A DNA stretch of 64,000 bases from NCBI GenBank assembly GCA_025594325.1, contig JANHCV010000011.1, forward strand, positions 558,001-622,000, read 5' to 3'. The stretch comes from Blastocladiella emersonii ATCC 22665. Taxonomy: Eukaryota > Fungi > Blastocladiomycota. Shown here piece after piece: positions 1-12,900 of the stretch (position 1 is its first letter; every line of letters starts with the position of its first letter). The notes below the pieces were generated by a model. The model was not told where the DNA came from. It saw nothing but the letters and a program-made list of their open reading frames with translations, and searched no databases. The position numbers and the translations under genes were made by a program.

Positions 1-605
1 TGGCCAGCGCGACGTACGGCTGCACGTCGCCGCGCGTGCCGATGCAGGGGATCAGGACGGTCGGCATGGTGGTTGCTAGGTCGTCTAGAGGGAGCGCCGG
101 ATCATGGGCAGCGTGCAAGTGCTCCGGATGGCTGCATTCGAGTGTTCATGGCGAGAGTGGGAGATGCTCGGGCGGGCAAGGCAGGGAACGGTTGGGAGAG
201 GTCGGAAGCGGCCGGCGGGATGAGCGACGCGACGGACGCTCGCTCCGCGTGCTTCGCCGTTCGACGGCCCGTGCCAAGCATAAATTCATGCCAACGAGTA
301 AAATTTAGATTCTGCGCGTCATTTAAGATATCAAAGATCATGACGCTTTTATTTGGACGCGTCCAGCAATATCCAAACCAACGGATTTCTATCCGGGTGT
401 GTCACGCGTGCGCACCTGACGGGCTGATGCTCTCGTCCCCTCCTCTCCTCCCCTCTCGTCGTCCCTTTCACCGCCCTTCTCCGCTGACGAGCTCGACCAC
501 GGCGCTGACAAGTCCCCGCGAGACTGCCGCCACACCCACTCGGTGCAACCGACCATCGCCCCGTCGACCTCGCGACTGCCCGATCCTCTCGCCCTCAAAC
601 TCGCC

Positions 606-2782
606 ATGTACCCCAAGCCAGGCCGCGGGACCCCGCAAAAGGCCGGCCCGCCACACGGGACGTGGGGCCGCCCGTCCAAGCCGTCTGGCACCGAGAGCCG
701 CTCGCACAGCGCCGCCGCGACCCCCGCCGGTGCGTCGCGCACGCCCGGGGCCGCCGGCCGGACGCCTGCCGTCGCGGCGGCGCCCAAGCTCGACCTCAAG
801 ATTCGCGTGCAGGTCGTCAGCCGCGCCGAGCGCGACCCGGAGTCGCTCGTCTTCAACGCGCCGCCGCGCCCAGTCGACCGCCGCTTCATCGTGCTCGCGT
901 CGCGCGACTGGACCGTCGCCCGCCTCCGCGACGCCGTCGTCGCACAGTACAACGCCATGTTCGCCGCTGACTCGGAGCCGTACGATCTGCCCGCCTGACG
1001 TTGGGCTCGATGCACACTAACCCTCCGCGGTCGATCACCAGACTGCCCCCGACGACGCTGCTCCAGGACGCGGACCGCTTCACCATCCCGACCGCCTACC
1101 CCGTGAGCCTCGTCTTCAACGACTCCAAGGACGTGTTTGCCGTCTCGCCCGCCGTCCTGTTCCCGCTCGCGCCCGCGCAGAAGCGGTCGTTTGACGACAT
1201 GGCCGTCGCCTCGGCCTCTGCCCCTGCCGCGCTGCCCAACGGCGATCTCGCCCCCTCCGCGCTCGAGTCGGCGTCGACGTCCGCTGCCGCTCCGCCGGCT
1301 AAGCGCCAGAAGCCCGATCCTGAATTCGCCTCCCCGGAGCTGCGCTCGCGTCCCGCCCCGCCTGCAGCGCGTCCTTCGGCACCCGCTGGGCGTGCTATTG
1401 CTATCCCCGCCCTCCCGCCTAAACCGCGCTCGCCCCCTCGGCCTGCCGCCCAGGCCGCCACTACCAACGGCATCCTCACCACTGAGACTGCTCCGTCGTC
1501 GCCGCTCATCGTGCGCTCGTCGACTGCCGAGTTCTCGACCTCTTCGTCCTCATCTTCCTCGAGCGACGAGGACGTCGATGCCGTCATGGACTCGCCGAGC
1601 GTCCACGCACCGCCCGCCGTCGTCGCCGCTGCGCGTAAGCCTGTCACGGCTGAGCCCATGGACGTGGACCCGAAGCCACGGGCAGCAGCGAAACCGGCTG
1701 CGCGCACCGCCGAGATCAACACGCCCGCCGCTGCGTCGTCGGCACCCGCCGCGATCCCGCCCTCGGTCCTCAGCGTCAAGCCGTCGCCCGGGTCGCCCCT
1801 CGCCACGGGTGGCGCGAGCCGCTCCGCGACCCCGACGCCCGCGGGTAAGCCTGCCGTCGTGGACGCGTCGGGCTCCGATGGCGACGACGAGTCGAGCGAC
1901 GATGACGAGAAGGAGACGGCACCCGCCAAGAAGCCCGTTGTCGCCGCCGCGACGTCGGGCGATGCCGAGGACAGTGACTACGAGTCGGGCGAGTCCTCGG
2001 GTGACGAGGATGACGACGAGGAGGAGGAGGACAGCGACAATGGCGAGACCAGCAGCGACTCGGACGACGAGCTCGCGCCCGCCAAGGTCACCGTCTCCAC
2101 CACTGATGCGCCCAAGGCCGCCAAGCCCGGTCGCCCCACGCCCGCCCCGCTCGCCAACACAGCCGGGCCCCGCGCCCGCACCGAGTCCGGCTCGCGCCCG
2201 CTCCCGACGCCGTCGCCTACCGTCGCCGCCGCCTCGTCCACGTCGACCTCCGCGTCTGCCGCGACCCCGTCGGTCCCGTCGGCCCCCGCGTCCGGTCTGC
2301 GGTCGCTTTCGACCGTCGTTCCGTCATCGTCCACCAGCGCGCCATCGACGGTCGCGCGGCCCGGGTCCGCGACGGGCACGTCGACCACCTCGGCCAAGAC
2401 CACGCCGTCCGCGATCCTGCCGACGGCGGCCGCGTCCATCTGCGCGGCGCAATCGGGTCTCCCGGCCTTCTCGCTCGACGCCTTCCTGCAGGACGCGAGC
2501 CAGAACCCGGGCGCGCTCGGGCTCGTCGGGTTTACGGCGCCCGTGCTCGCAACGGCCGCGCGCAAGCGGACCGTCAGCGCCAAGGCCGCGGCGCCCGCCA
2601 AGCCCGCGTCGTCGTCCGAGGAGGAGTCGAGCAGTAGCAGCGAAGAGGAGTCGAGCAGCGACAGCGACGACTCGAGCACGAGCGACAGCGACGACGACGC
2701 GGACGGCGATGCGCCAAGGGTCAAGTACGCGGCGGGCAAGAAGAAGAAGAAGAGCAGCCTGCTGAGCATCAGCAAGTCCTGA
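606..2782 (+). CDS. Nucleolar low-complexity protein with N-terminal Dnt1/Net1/Tof2-like (Cdc14-binding N-terminal) domain; exons 606-979, 1042-2782
   Basis: The intron 980-1041 (GTACGA...CACTAAC...CAG) joins two ORFs in frame. N-terminal RRFIVLASRDWTVARLRDAVVAQYNAMF...LLQDADRFTIPTAYPVSLVF resembles the Net1/Dnt1 N-terminal pattern (FL...T..L...I...F..LY...LQD....D....V..VF). Acidic/Ser tracts and a C-terminal KKKKKK follow. Confidence 0.55.
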
Positions 2783-3104
2783 GCGGTGCGCCGTGCGCGC
2801 GTTGCTCTGCATCTGTCCCCACACTCCCCACTCTAGCTACGTAATTGAATCAATTGTGACTACATCGCCGTGCGCGCCAACTACATTGTGGGTCCGCCGG
2901 CCGATGCGTTCGTCGCGTCGTTCCAGTCGTCATTGGCCAGCGTTCGTCGCGGCGCGCCTGCCGCGCGAGATCCTCCTCAAGGTGTTCGCGTCATGGTCGC
3001 GGGCGAGAGTAAGGGACTAGGATTGTATGTGACAGCGGCGGCAACGACAAAAAAAAAAGCGAGGTGTACGAATTCGGGGGCAATATGTGACAATACGGAC
3101 AGGC

Positions 3105-3793
3105 TCAGTCGACAATGAGCTCGTCGACGCCCCAGTCCTCGTACGAGCCGTCGGGCAGGTGGCGGCGGATGATGAGCGGGATCTTCTTCTCGCGCAGCTC
3201 CTTCATGGCAATGTGCAGCGAGTCGGTCTCGCCGTTGAGCTCGGTCATGACGGGCGCGTTCATGCTGATCTGCAGCGCGCGCGTGCCGAGGACGCGGGCC
3301 TTCTCGTACTTGGTCATGTACGGCGTGGTGATGCGCTCCTTGCGCACGCGCTCGCGCTCCGCCGCCTTGTCGGCGGCCGTCGGCTCCGACTCCTTGAGCG
3401 CGGCGAGTCCGCTGGGACCCGTCCGCTTCGGCTTCCCGCCCTGCGTGCCGCCCGCGCCGCCGGCCGCGTTCGGGTCCAGAACCGTCGACTCGTACGCGTC
3501 CGGCCCGTCGAACATGGACTCGTCCACGTTATCGTACTCGGGCTCCTACACGCGCGGGAGGGAGGAACCGGTCGTCAGGTCACGGTCAAGGTGCCGTGAC
3601 CACAGCAGAGCCGTACGTCGAACGTCTCCTCGTAGCTAGCAACAAGAATTCATCGTGTTCGGTAATGCATGGTGTCGATTTCATGGGGTGTTCATAGAAG
3701 CATCCGTCCGTCCGTGAGCTGCATGGTCCGCACGCGCCCTCGGCCGAGCGGGACGGCGTACCGGCCGCCGTCGTCACTTCCGTAGTCACTCAT
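3105..3793 (-). CDS. RPB6: RNA polymerase I/II/III common subunit RPB6; exons 3793-3762, 3635-3617, 3545-3105
   Basis: [29 protein letters not shown]...[18 protein letters not shown] is the RPB6 core. Two GT-AG introns give an in-frame acidic N-terminus [22 protein letters not shown]. Confidence 0.97.
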
Positions 3794-4031
3794 GTTTGCG
3801 GCGAGTCGTGGGGCAGGAATGCGTATTGCGTGGGCACGCCTTCGTCCGCAACGGCCATCGGGCCCTTCGCGCGCGCGACGGCCGGCAGCGGGGCAGCGAA
3901 AAAGGTGAGACGATTTCGCGTCAGGTGACTCCACCTGCCTCGTCGGCAGGCACGCGTTTCCGTGTCAGCCGGGTTGGTCGCCGTCGCGCATGCATCGTGT
4001 CCTCCCAAGATCGCAAACGGCACACTAAACC

Positions 4032-5216
4032 ATGAATCAACAACAACCATCGGGAAGCACCTGGACCCTGCCGCCCGCCTTCGCTACCGTCGCGCCGCGC
4101 CCGACGCCCACGCTGACGGGCTTTGACGCCGCGTCGACCGCGGCCGGCGCGAGCGGGACGGGCGCTGCTGGCACCGCAGCGGGCGAGACGGCCGAGAAGC
4201 CGCCGATCGAGCGGCCAAAGCTCGACGAGTCGCGCCTGCTTGAGCCCGACGCGCTGCCGTTCATCCGCAACGAGTGCAAGAAGATCAAGTTCAAGGCGGG
4301 CAAGGGCACCGAGGTCGAGAACCTCGGCAAGCTCGTCACCTTCTACAAGACGTGGGCGCACCGCGTCTTCCCAAAGTACCCGTTCGAGCGCTTTGTCGAA
4401 CGGTCCATGCGCGTGTGCCGCACCCGGAGGCTCAAGGTGCGTCTGTGCGGGCCGGCGTGACGGTGCTGCGTTCGCTGAAGTTCGCCCATTGCGGTGTAGG
4501 CGCACTTGTCCGAGTGGATCGCCGAGGAGATGCGCGCCAAGTACCCGACCGCCGGCGACGGCTACGACGACCGCGACGGCGAGGGCGGGCCCGGGTCCGA
4601 GTTCCGCGGCATGGACGAGGATGCGGTCCTCGACGATATTCTCGGCAACGACCTCACCGCCGTGTTCCGCGACGTGTCCGTCAACTCGAGCCAGCCCTCG
4701 GCGCCGTTCGCCGGCGGGCTCGAGGACATTTTCGCCGACGACGACCGCCCGATGCCGCCACCACCACCGCGGCCAACCGTGCAGGCTGCTGCCCCCGGAT
4801 CTGCCTCCTCGTCCGTCGCAAGCGCCAAGGAGCGTGCGCTGCAGCGGCTGGCCGAGATCAAGTCGAGCCGCTTCCGCGCCGGCCTGTCGCAGGGCGAGCC
4901 CTCCTCGCAGACCATCTCGTCGACACCCGTCGAGCGGCCCGCGTCGGGCGCTGGCCACGCCGTCTTCCTGGACATTGAAGACAGCGATGACGACGCGCCT
5001 GCACCTGCACCCGCTGCTCCGGCACCATCGGCCCAGCTTGCGCAGCCGGCCCAGCCGACGACGCAGCAGGCGCCGTGGTCGGACATGGGCGACATCGACA
5101 TGGGCGACTTTGACATGGATGACGCGCCCGACGCGCCCCTCGGCACCCAGGAGGAGGCTCCGCCCGTCCTCTTGTCCATGTGGGACACGCCCGCTGAGGG
5201 CGGCGACCAGACGTGA
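4032..5216 (+). CDS. CSM3: Replication fork protection complex subunit Csm3/Swi3/TIPIN; intron 4437-4499
   Basis: RPKLDESRLL...KIKFKAGKGTEVENLGKLVTFYKTWAHRVFPKYPFERFVER matches the Swi3 domain. Splicing joins it in frame to the 4506-5216 ORF. Confidence 0.85.
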
Positions 5217-5529
5217 TAAACAATATGAACGCAATGTCTCGCACCGCATAGAAATGTCTCCCACCCAGGTCGGCTCTCGCTTTCACTCGCTTCCCCTACG
5301 CCCGCATCCATGGCCGCGGCGAGGAGGCCGCTCAGGAGCGCGAGGCCCTGGTCGCTGTACCCCAAAGAAGAGGAGGGAGATGGCATCGCGATCCGCCGCG
5401 AGGGTGCGCCGCCGACCCGTGCGCTCGACACGGCGCGGCCGACGTCGTCCTCGATCCTACTCGACGAATCCATGGATCACTGCTACCTCAACTGAATGAA
5501 TTGCATGACTTGACGCAACGCACTCGGGC

Positions 5530-6681
5530 ATGCCGTCCAAACCCGCCGCCGCCTTCGCCTCCTCGCTCGGCGCGCTGCTGCAGCGGCGCCCGCGGTCCGT
5601 GTCGCAGGCGCACCCGCGCGCACACGGCCGGCGCATGGGCAGCCTGCGCGGCGTCGTGCGGCACATGGCCATCTCGCTCGTCCTGTGGCTCGGCGCGTCC
5701 GTCGTGCCGTACGACGCCCTGCACGCGGTCCACCCGTACCTCGCGCTCGCTGCCTTCTTTGTCGCGAACGCCGTCGTGATGCAGCTCGCGTCATACCATT
5801 ACCTCGCCTGGATCATCGTCTCGCTCCGCCTGCCCCACTCGATGCGCAGCTACCAGACCCACGCCGCCGGGCTCACGGCCAACCTACTGCAGTCGGCTGT
5901 CATGCTCATCGCCGTCGCTTCGACCGGCTGGCCCGCGCCGTTCCTCATCCTCGTTCCGCTCATCGTTTTGCCGGTCGGGATCGCGCTCGGCGCCGCCGTC
6001 TTTCTCGTCCCGCGCGAGATGTTGAAGCGGACCGTGCCTCAGCCACTTCTCCTACCGCCAGCTCCCCCACCACCGAAACCTGCTGCAGCTGTTGGAGACG
6101 GCTCCGCATCGAGCTCGCGGCGGACGTCTACCCTCGCCTCGGGCGTCCTCAGCATCACTGCGAGCGACGCGGCGCTCTCTCCGTCGCCGCCGCGCAAGGG
6201 TAGCACCGCCTCAAACTCATGGCGCGGGTCGTTCGCGTCTGCCTCGACCGGCACCAGCAAACGGCTCTCAAACGCGTCGGCTGCCTCGGCGGCCGTGTCG
6301 CCGCGCAAGCGCACGCTCGGCGACGCGTGGAACACGTTCCAGTATTGCTGCATCAGCGTCGCCATCTACCTTGCTATATCGCTCGTTTATGTGCTGTTCC
6401 TCTTCGGGCTCAGTGCGTCGTCGTATCGGCTCGCGCTCGTCGTCCTCTTCCACGGGGTGCTCTGGACCCTCCCACGTAAACGCCTGCGACCGCGGCCGCG
6501 TCCGGCGCCTGAGGACTGCGACGTGGTGCGATCCGTCTGCGTAAACGGTCCCGCTCGCGGTTCACGCGCGTGTTCAGGAAGGTTGAGCGAGAGAACCGAC
6601 TGCGCGAAGCCAGCTGACTCTAACACCGCGGCCTCGTCTATGATACGCGCGAGCTGCGCGATCTGTGCCGCGGGGTCATGA
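5530..6681 (+). CDS. Multi-pass membrane protein, tandem family member A (shorter than B and C; 3' end uncertain, possibly truncated)
   Basis: Shares GSL.GV..HM..SL..W, MQLASYHY..WI.V.LRLP.S and Q.H.AGL..N..Q with the two downstream genes. Similarity stops after LFHGVLWTLP. Confidence 0.6.
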   Translation: MPSKPAAAFASSLGALLQRRPRSVSQAHPRAHGRRMGSLRGVVRHMAISLVLWLGASVVPYDALHAVHPYLALAAFFVANAVVMQLASYHYLAWIIVSLRLPHSMRSYQTHAAGLTANLLQSAVMLIAVASTGWPAPFLILVPLIVLPVGIALGAAVFLVPREMLKRTVPQPLLLPPAPPPPKPAAAVGDGSASSSRRTSTLASGVLSITASDAALSPSPPRKGSTASNSWRGSFASASTGTSKRLSNASAASAAVSPRKRTLGDAWNTFQYCCISVAIYLAISLVYVLFLFGLSASSYRLALVVLFHGVLWTLPRKRLRPRPRPAPEDCDVVRSVCVNGPARGSRACSGRLSERTDCAKPADSNTAASSMIRASCAICAAGS

Positions 6682-7098
6682 ACGACTGGGGCGAGCGCTT
6701 CGGGGGAGAGTGCGCGACGAGCAAAGCGGTGACGTAGTTAGCTCAAGTAGTTTGGACGCGGCGAGCACACCCAGTGGCCGCGGCGCGCGTCTGTTCAGAT
6801 TTTTACACCAGTTAGTTCATCGATCCCATCCTTGTTTACCCTTTATTAATTTTGCGCGGCCAGGAGTCGCCGCTGGGTCGGCGAGGCAGACGCGTCGCGG
6901 TGCGAGACATGCGGTGAGAGACGCGTTAAGGTCACGTGGCGGGCGCGGAGGGTTTGGCCCTGGGTTCAGCCGCGATTGTTGGACTCGTCGCCTCCCCCTG
7001 CTCGGCCATATTCTTGGCCGCGCCGAGCGCGTAAATCTGGCACGGATCGGCCTCCGTACAACCTCGCTCTTTCCAGTACTAGCACGCATGTTAAACTC

Positions 7099-9506
7099 AT
7101 GGAGACACACCCTGCATCGGCATTATCGGCACTAGTAGACGCCCCTGCCACGGCCGCGGCCGCTTTGGGCAAAGTCGACACAGTCTCGCCGGCCTTTGCG
7201 GCACACCGGCGAAGCATCCTTTTGCCTCAGCGACAGATTATACCGCTGGGTGGAACGGACGACTCAAGCGATAAAGGCCCCGCGGATGCATTCTTTGTGG
7301 CCGCGGCGACCTCCATGGCCGCGGCCACGGCTACAACGGCACGCGGACCGCGATCGCGGCGCCCGCGTCGGCACTCACTTAAACGCGGAAGCCTTGGAGG
7401 CGTTGTTTTGCACATGTTCGTCTCGCTCGTCATTTGGTCGTCGTCTTGCTTCACGCCCTACACGGAACTCTACGCGATCCACCCGCTGCTGGCCATCGGC
7501 ATTTTCCTCGCGCTTCACTTTATCCTGATGCAACTCGCGTCGTACCACTATGTGACGTGGATCGTGGTGGTACTGAAGCTGCCCTACTCATTCTCGAGCT
7601 GGCAGCTCCACGCCGCAGCTTTGGTCTACAACTGCACTCAAATGGTTGGCATCATCATCTACACGGCGCTCTACCCATGGCCAATGCCCTTCAGCCCCGT
7701 CATTTGCTCGCTCCTCTGGCCGGTCATGCTGGCCGTCGGTTCGGCCATCTTCCTAGTCCCGCGCGACGCGTGGCGCTTAGCCGGTCCAAGCAAGAAGCTC
7801 CCCGCCTTGGTCCCGACGATCACCGCTCCGCCCTCGCGCACTCTTGCACGACGGTCGGTCACCGCCTCATTCCAAGATTCGACGACGGCCGTCACGCGCC
7901 ACGATGCCTACATGGCCTTTGCTTACGCGTCGTTCAGCGTGACCATCTATCTCGCCTGCAATGGGTTCTACGCCGGGTGGCTGTTCCTCGCGAAATCGTC
8001 GACTGCGCAGCTCGCCATGATCATCGCGTTCAAGGGACTTTTGCGCGTCGCCTGCGTTTTCCGGCACACGCTGCTGGCGTCGACATACGTGGCCCGAGGC
8101 GACCCTTTTGCGCTCTGGCGGCTGCGCTCCAACGTGCTCTTCGACATCAATCTGTTTACTTCCATCTTCTTTGCCGTTGCCATCCCGTCCATCGCCTCGT
8201 GGTGGGCGTGGGCCGCTTTTCTCGTACTCGAGCACATTTGGCTACTTGTCGATCTCTCGTACTGCTGGTACACGGGCGGCAAGGATGGCGGCCGCGACTT
8301 CTCGCACGACCTCGACACGTGGTTGCTGCGCAAGATCTACGGCCAGGACTCGATCCACGTCCAGTCGCTCGCGCAGCAGAACCGGTCGGCGTGGTCGCTC
8401 GGCTCACGGACCACCGACTACACGAACGGGTCCGGGTCCAAGGGCGCCAGCCGGCTCGGGTCGCGCGTCGTGTCCATGGCCGACAGCCTCGCCAAGGGCG
8501 CGAGCGTTACCGTGCTCCCCGAGTCGACCGCCGCAGCAGAGCACCACCATCCGCGCCCGCGCGCCTCCGAGGAGCTGCACGATGCGTCGGCGCACCTGCC
8601 GCCGTCCAAATCACCGTCGTCGCACGCCCTTTCGCAGCACCCGCACGCGATCGCTCAGCAGGTGACGCATCTCCTCTCGCCCAAGAGCCGCGCCAACAGC
8701 GAGGAGAACGTGCGTGCTTCTCCGCTGCGCGCTTCGACCAGCATCCCGGAGGACCTTCGAAAACTCCAGCATCACCACCATCATCATCTCGATCCGCACG
8801 GACACGCGCATCTTCCTCGTGTGGAGAGCGGAACGGTCGCGCCTCCGCCAGACCCGACCGCCCCGGTCACTGCTCCACCGCCACCAGCGGCGCAGCCGAT
8901 CCTCACCACGTTCGTTCCGAGTCCGCTCGACGTTCTTCACCTCGCAATCGAGCAGTACTGCCTGAACGTCCTGGTACTGCGTTCGGCTGCACTCGCGTTC
9001 CACGTTCACTCACACCCGGCTCGCGTGTAGCTCAAGTTCTATGGCGACCTCTACTTCTTGCTCATCATCCCGCCGATCATGATGATCCCGACCCTGCGCC
9101 CATGGTTTCCAACCGTGGCCGCTGAACTTGGCCCAGGCCCGGACGAACCGAAGCCGACGGGTCCGTTCGACGTGTACGCTCCTATCCGATTGCGTGCCGC
9201 CATCGTCTTCACCGCCATCCGGGCCGTCTCGACGTTCATCAACCTTGCGTGCGTCGGGGCCTGGCTGTGGCGCAAAGCGAACATTTCGCTTCGCGCACGC
9301 GCACGGGCCTTTTTCAGCCAGCCGTTTGCGTTTCTCCTCATTGTCGGTACCATCCATACGGGCCCCATATTTCTGGCCAGCACAACGGTACGGGACTTTC
9401 ACGCTCGCGAGCTCATTTGAATTCATTCGCTGACACTGGGCGTTGCTTCTAGCTTGGGCGTGCGTACGACTCGATGACGTTCGTATACAGAGCTGTAAAT
9501 GGATAA
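7099..9506 (+). CDS. Multi-pass membrane protein, tandem family member B; introns 8974-9030, 9388-9452
   Basis: Long ORF with several hydrophobic segments. Splicing gives ...YCLNVL|LKFYGDLYF... and ...STT|LGRAYDSMTFVYRAVNG*, colinear with member C. Confidence 0.8.
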
Positions 9507-9989
9507 ATTTTGGCATTGGTGCATCTGGAGAAACGCAGTCGGCTGACACGATCCAGCGCGCGCTTCGCGCTGCGCCACCTCACCGCGGTCACGTGCACAT
9601 GACCGCCGCGTGTCTCCCCTCGCGTGCGCGAACAGGCAAATCGGTTGAAAGCTCAAAGGAATAGTGCGAGAACTTGGGAGAAATGCTCAACCGCTAACCT
9701 CCATCGGCGCCAAACTGGCGCTTGTTGGTCGTCGCCCACCGTAGCAGGTAAGTGGGAGACCCAGGGTACGACCGACCACCGCCGTTGTGCGCGCTGCTCC
9801 GCGTCTCCTGATCCTGCGCTTTCCGTGAATTTCCTCGCCGCGGATCGTGAGACATGCGATATCTCCGCGAAGCACAAGGGCGTGTGCGTCCAGGCGCTCA
9901 GCAATGACTCGGCACCTCGAACTTGCCGCATTACGCGGATCTGCACAGACTGCAACCTCGATTGTCTGTGACGGAGCCTATGCAAACAC

Positions 9990-12900
9990 ATGGATCGCTT
10001 GACTGCGGAACCAATCTCGGTCATGTCCCACAGCGAGCTCAAGTCGTCGAGCGAGAATGTAACGCCTTCACTTCCACCGCAATCTCCATCAACCTCGCCT
10101 CCGCCGGCGGCGCCGCAGCGGGCGGCCATCACGACCAGCCTCGACTCAAGCGGCGGCGCCTTGGCCATCTCGATCCAACCAGCGGAACCTCGCGCGCCCG
10201 TGGCCTCCTCGATACCCGCAGCGACACAGGCCGCCGCAAGGACGGTGCAGAGCGGGGTGCATCGCATGCTTATGGCCAACGGCGACCACCGCCGCGGGAG
10301 CGTGTTGGGCGTGCTTGGGCACATGGCGATGTCGCTCGGGCTGTGGACGGCGGGATCCGTCGTACCCTACGACCACCTGCTGACGTTTGGCTACCCCGTC
10401 GCCGCGACCATTTTCATGATCGCCCACCTCATCATGATGCAGCTCGTCTCCTACCACTACTCGGCCTGGGTCATTGTCGCGCTCCGCCTCCCGTACTCGA
10501 TCCGCAGCCGACAAACGCACATGGCCGGGCTCGCGTATAACCTGATCCAGTCGGCGTGCATGCTCGTGGTCGTGTTGTTTGGCGCGTGGCCACTCGCGCT
10601 CTCGGCCCTCATCCCGACGCTCCAGTGGCCCGTCGGGCTCGCCTTTGGCGCCGCCATCTTTATTGTGCCGCAGGAAGTGTGGCAGCAGCTCAACAGCGCG
10701 CTACCGCACTCAATGAGCGGGCAGTCGACCGTCACGGCGCCGACGTTCCACCGCCAGCTCGAGTCGCTCAACCGCGCCTTCTATACGCTCAGCGGCCGGT
10801 CACGCACGATTGGGCGTCCGCCGCCGCCCATCTCGGTCCCTTCCGCGATCTCGTCGGCCGTGTCCTCTGTCGTTCATGTGTCTTCCGCGACGCCGTTTGC
10901 CCCAAACAGCAGCACCCTCTCGCGCCCGTACGCGTTGCCGTCGCCCAGCACCCTCGGCCGTACCTCGAACACGGCCGCGACGGCCACGCTACTGCGCGCG
11001 TGCGAGGAGGCTGGGGGTTTCGGGAGCAACGAGCCGACGACCGTGTCGCTGCCAAACCCCGCCGAGCTCCGCGCCGCGAGCGTCCGTGACCAGTCCGTCA
11101 CTGACTCGGGGTCCACGGCCGCGCCAAGCTCGACCGAGTCGGGCGCGATCCCTGCAACAGCGCCGGGTGCCACGGCCTCGGCGGTGCTCAGCCCATCTTC
11201 GTCCATTGTCGCGCCCGCTCCCGGACCAGCAGCGGCGGTCATGCTCAACCGCAGCGTCACCATGTCACGCAGCGAAGAGGGCATGCGGCGGCGCCTCCGC
11301 ACGCCGAGCGACGTGTACCAGGTGTTCCTTTTCATGTTTATATCTGTCGGGTGCTACGTCCTCGTCAACCTCTTCTACGGGTGCTTCCTCATCATCAAGG
11401 ACCCGGTCGGCCAGCTGTTCCTCGTGTCGTTCTTCAAGATCCTGCTCCGCGTGATCCGCACGCTGCGGTACCGGTTCATGCAGAAGCTGTACGTGGCGCG
11501 CGACGACGCGCTGATGCAGTGGCGGCTGCGGTCCAACTGCAACTTCGACATCGAGGTGTTTGGCGGCGTCTTCATTGCGATTGCGATGCCGTCCGTCACT
11601 TCGTGGCGCGCGTGTGCCGCGTTCATCGCCTTCGACAACTGCCTCATCCTGCTCGACCTCGTCTACTGCATCGTGACGGGCGGCCCGCGGTCCGGGCGTC
11701 ACCTATCCATCGACCTCGAGGTGTGGATCGCCAAGCTCGTGTACGGCCACCAGGTCGAGGTGCAGCGCATCGAGCAAGGTGCCGGCATGTCGCACTTCTC
11801 CTTCTCGGGGCTCCCCAACACGGTGCACGCGCTCGGCATGGATCCGCCCGGCGGCGCCGTGGCTGCCGCGACGTTATCAAGGTCGTCGCCCGGCGTCGTG
11901 GCGACTGCGACGCTCTCGCGATCGCCGTCGCTTCCGCGCGCACCAACTCTGGCGCGGGACGGCAACGGCTCCTTCCCTGCGCCGCCCGTCATGGTCTTGG
12001 AGAAGGAGCCGCCGTCAGGTCCGCTCGCGGTCCCACTCGTCCGCATCCACGAGGAGACGACGCCGTCGCACCACGAGCTGTCCGACATCTCAGCGTCGAG
12101 CCCTCCCGCGCCGGCCATCCTGATCGTCGGGCAGGATGACGACGGCGGGAACGGCGACGACGACGACGGGCCGACGCGCTCCGCCGCCGAGCCGGTCCCG
12201 CTGCGGCCCAAGTCAGCGACCTCGCTGCAGCCCTCGGGCCCGTCGCTCCTCGTCCCGGGCTCCGAGGCCGGCGGCGGCCGCACCGCGTCGCTCATGTCGC
12301 AGAGCTCGGACCAGCTGTCCATTTCGGGCTCGCATAGCGACCTCGGGTCCGGGTACTCGCTCTCCATCGGCTCGACGATGAGCATGGACATGGGCGGGTC
12401 GTTTCTGGGACTCGACTCGCCGACGGGCGAAGACGAGTCGCGATCCACGTCACTGGCGCCCGGGTTGAGCGACTCGGGTGGATCACCGCCGCGCACGGCC
12501 GAGAAGGTCAAGGGCGGCGGGTACAACGAGGCGTCGTCGAGCCAGTCGTCGACACCCGGCATCCTGTCTCCGCCGAGCATCAGCTCGCCGCCCCTGTCGC
12601 CCGAGCTCGGCACTGTGCGGCGGACACGCGTCTCGATTGCGTCGCGCCGCGGGAGCATTGTTGAGAAGCTGTCGTCGGTGACGGGCGGGGTTGGTGTGCC
12701 GCTGTCCAAGACGATGCGGCGCACGTCGCGGGTCACGAAGCGCAAGTTCAGCCCGAAGCCGATCGACATATTTCATCTGTGCATCGAGAGCTACCTCCTC
12801 GGCATCCTGGTACGCGCACTTCGTACCGCTTTTCTTCGCTCTCCGTGCACTGACATGTCACCGACTCGTAGGCGCGGCTGTTCGGCGACTGCTACTTCCT

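Noticed and set aside
5310-5495. 61-aa ORF upstream of family member A
   Set aside because: Short, with no convincing homology or splice connection.
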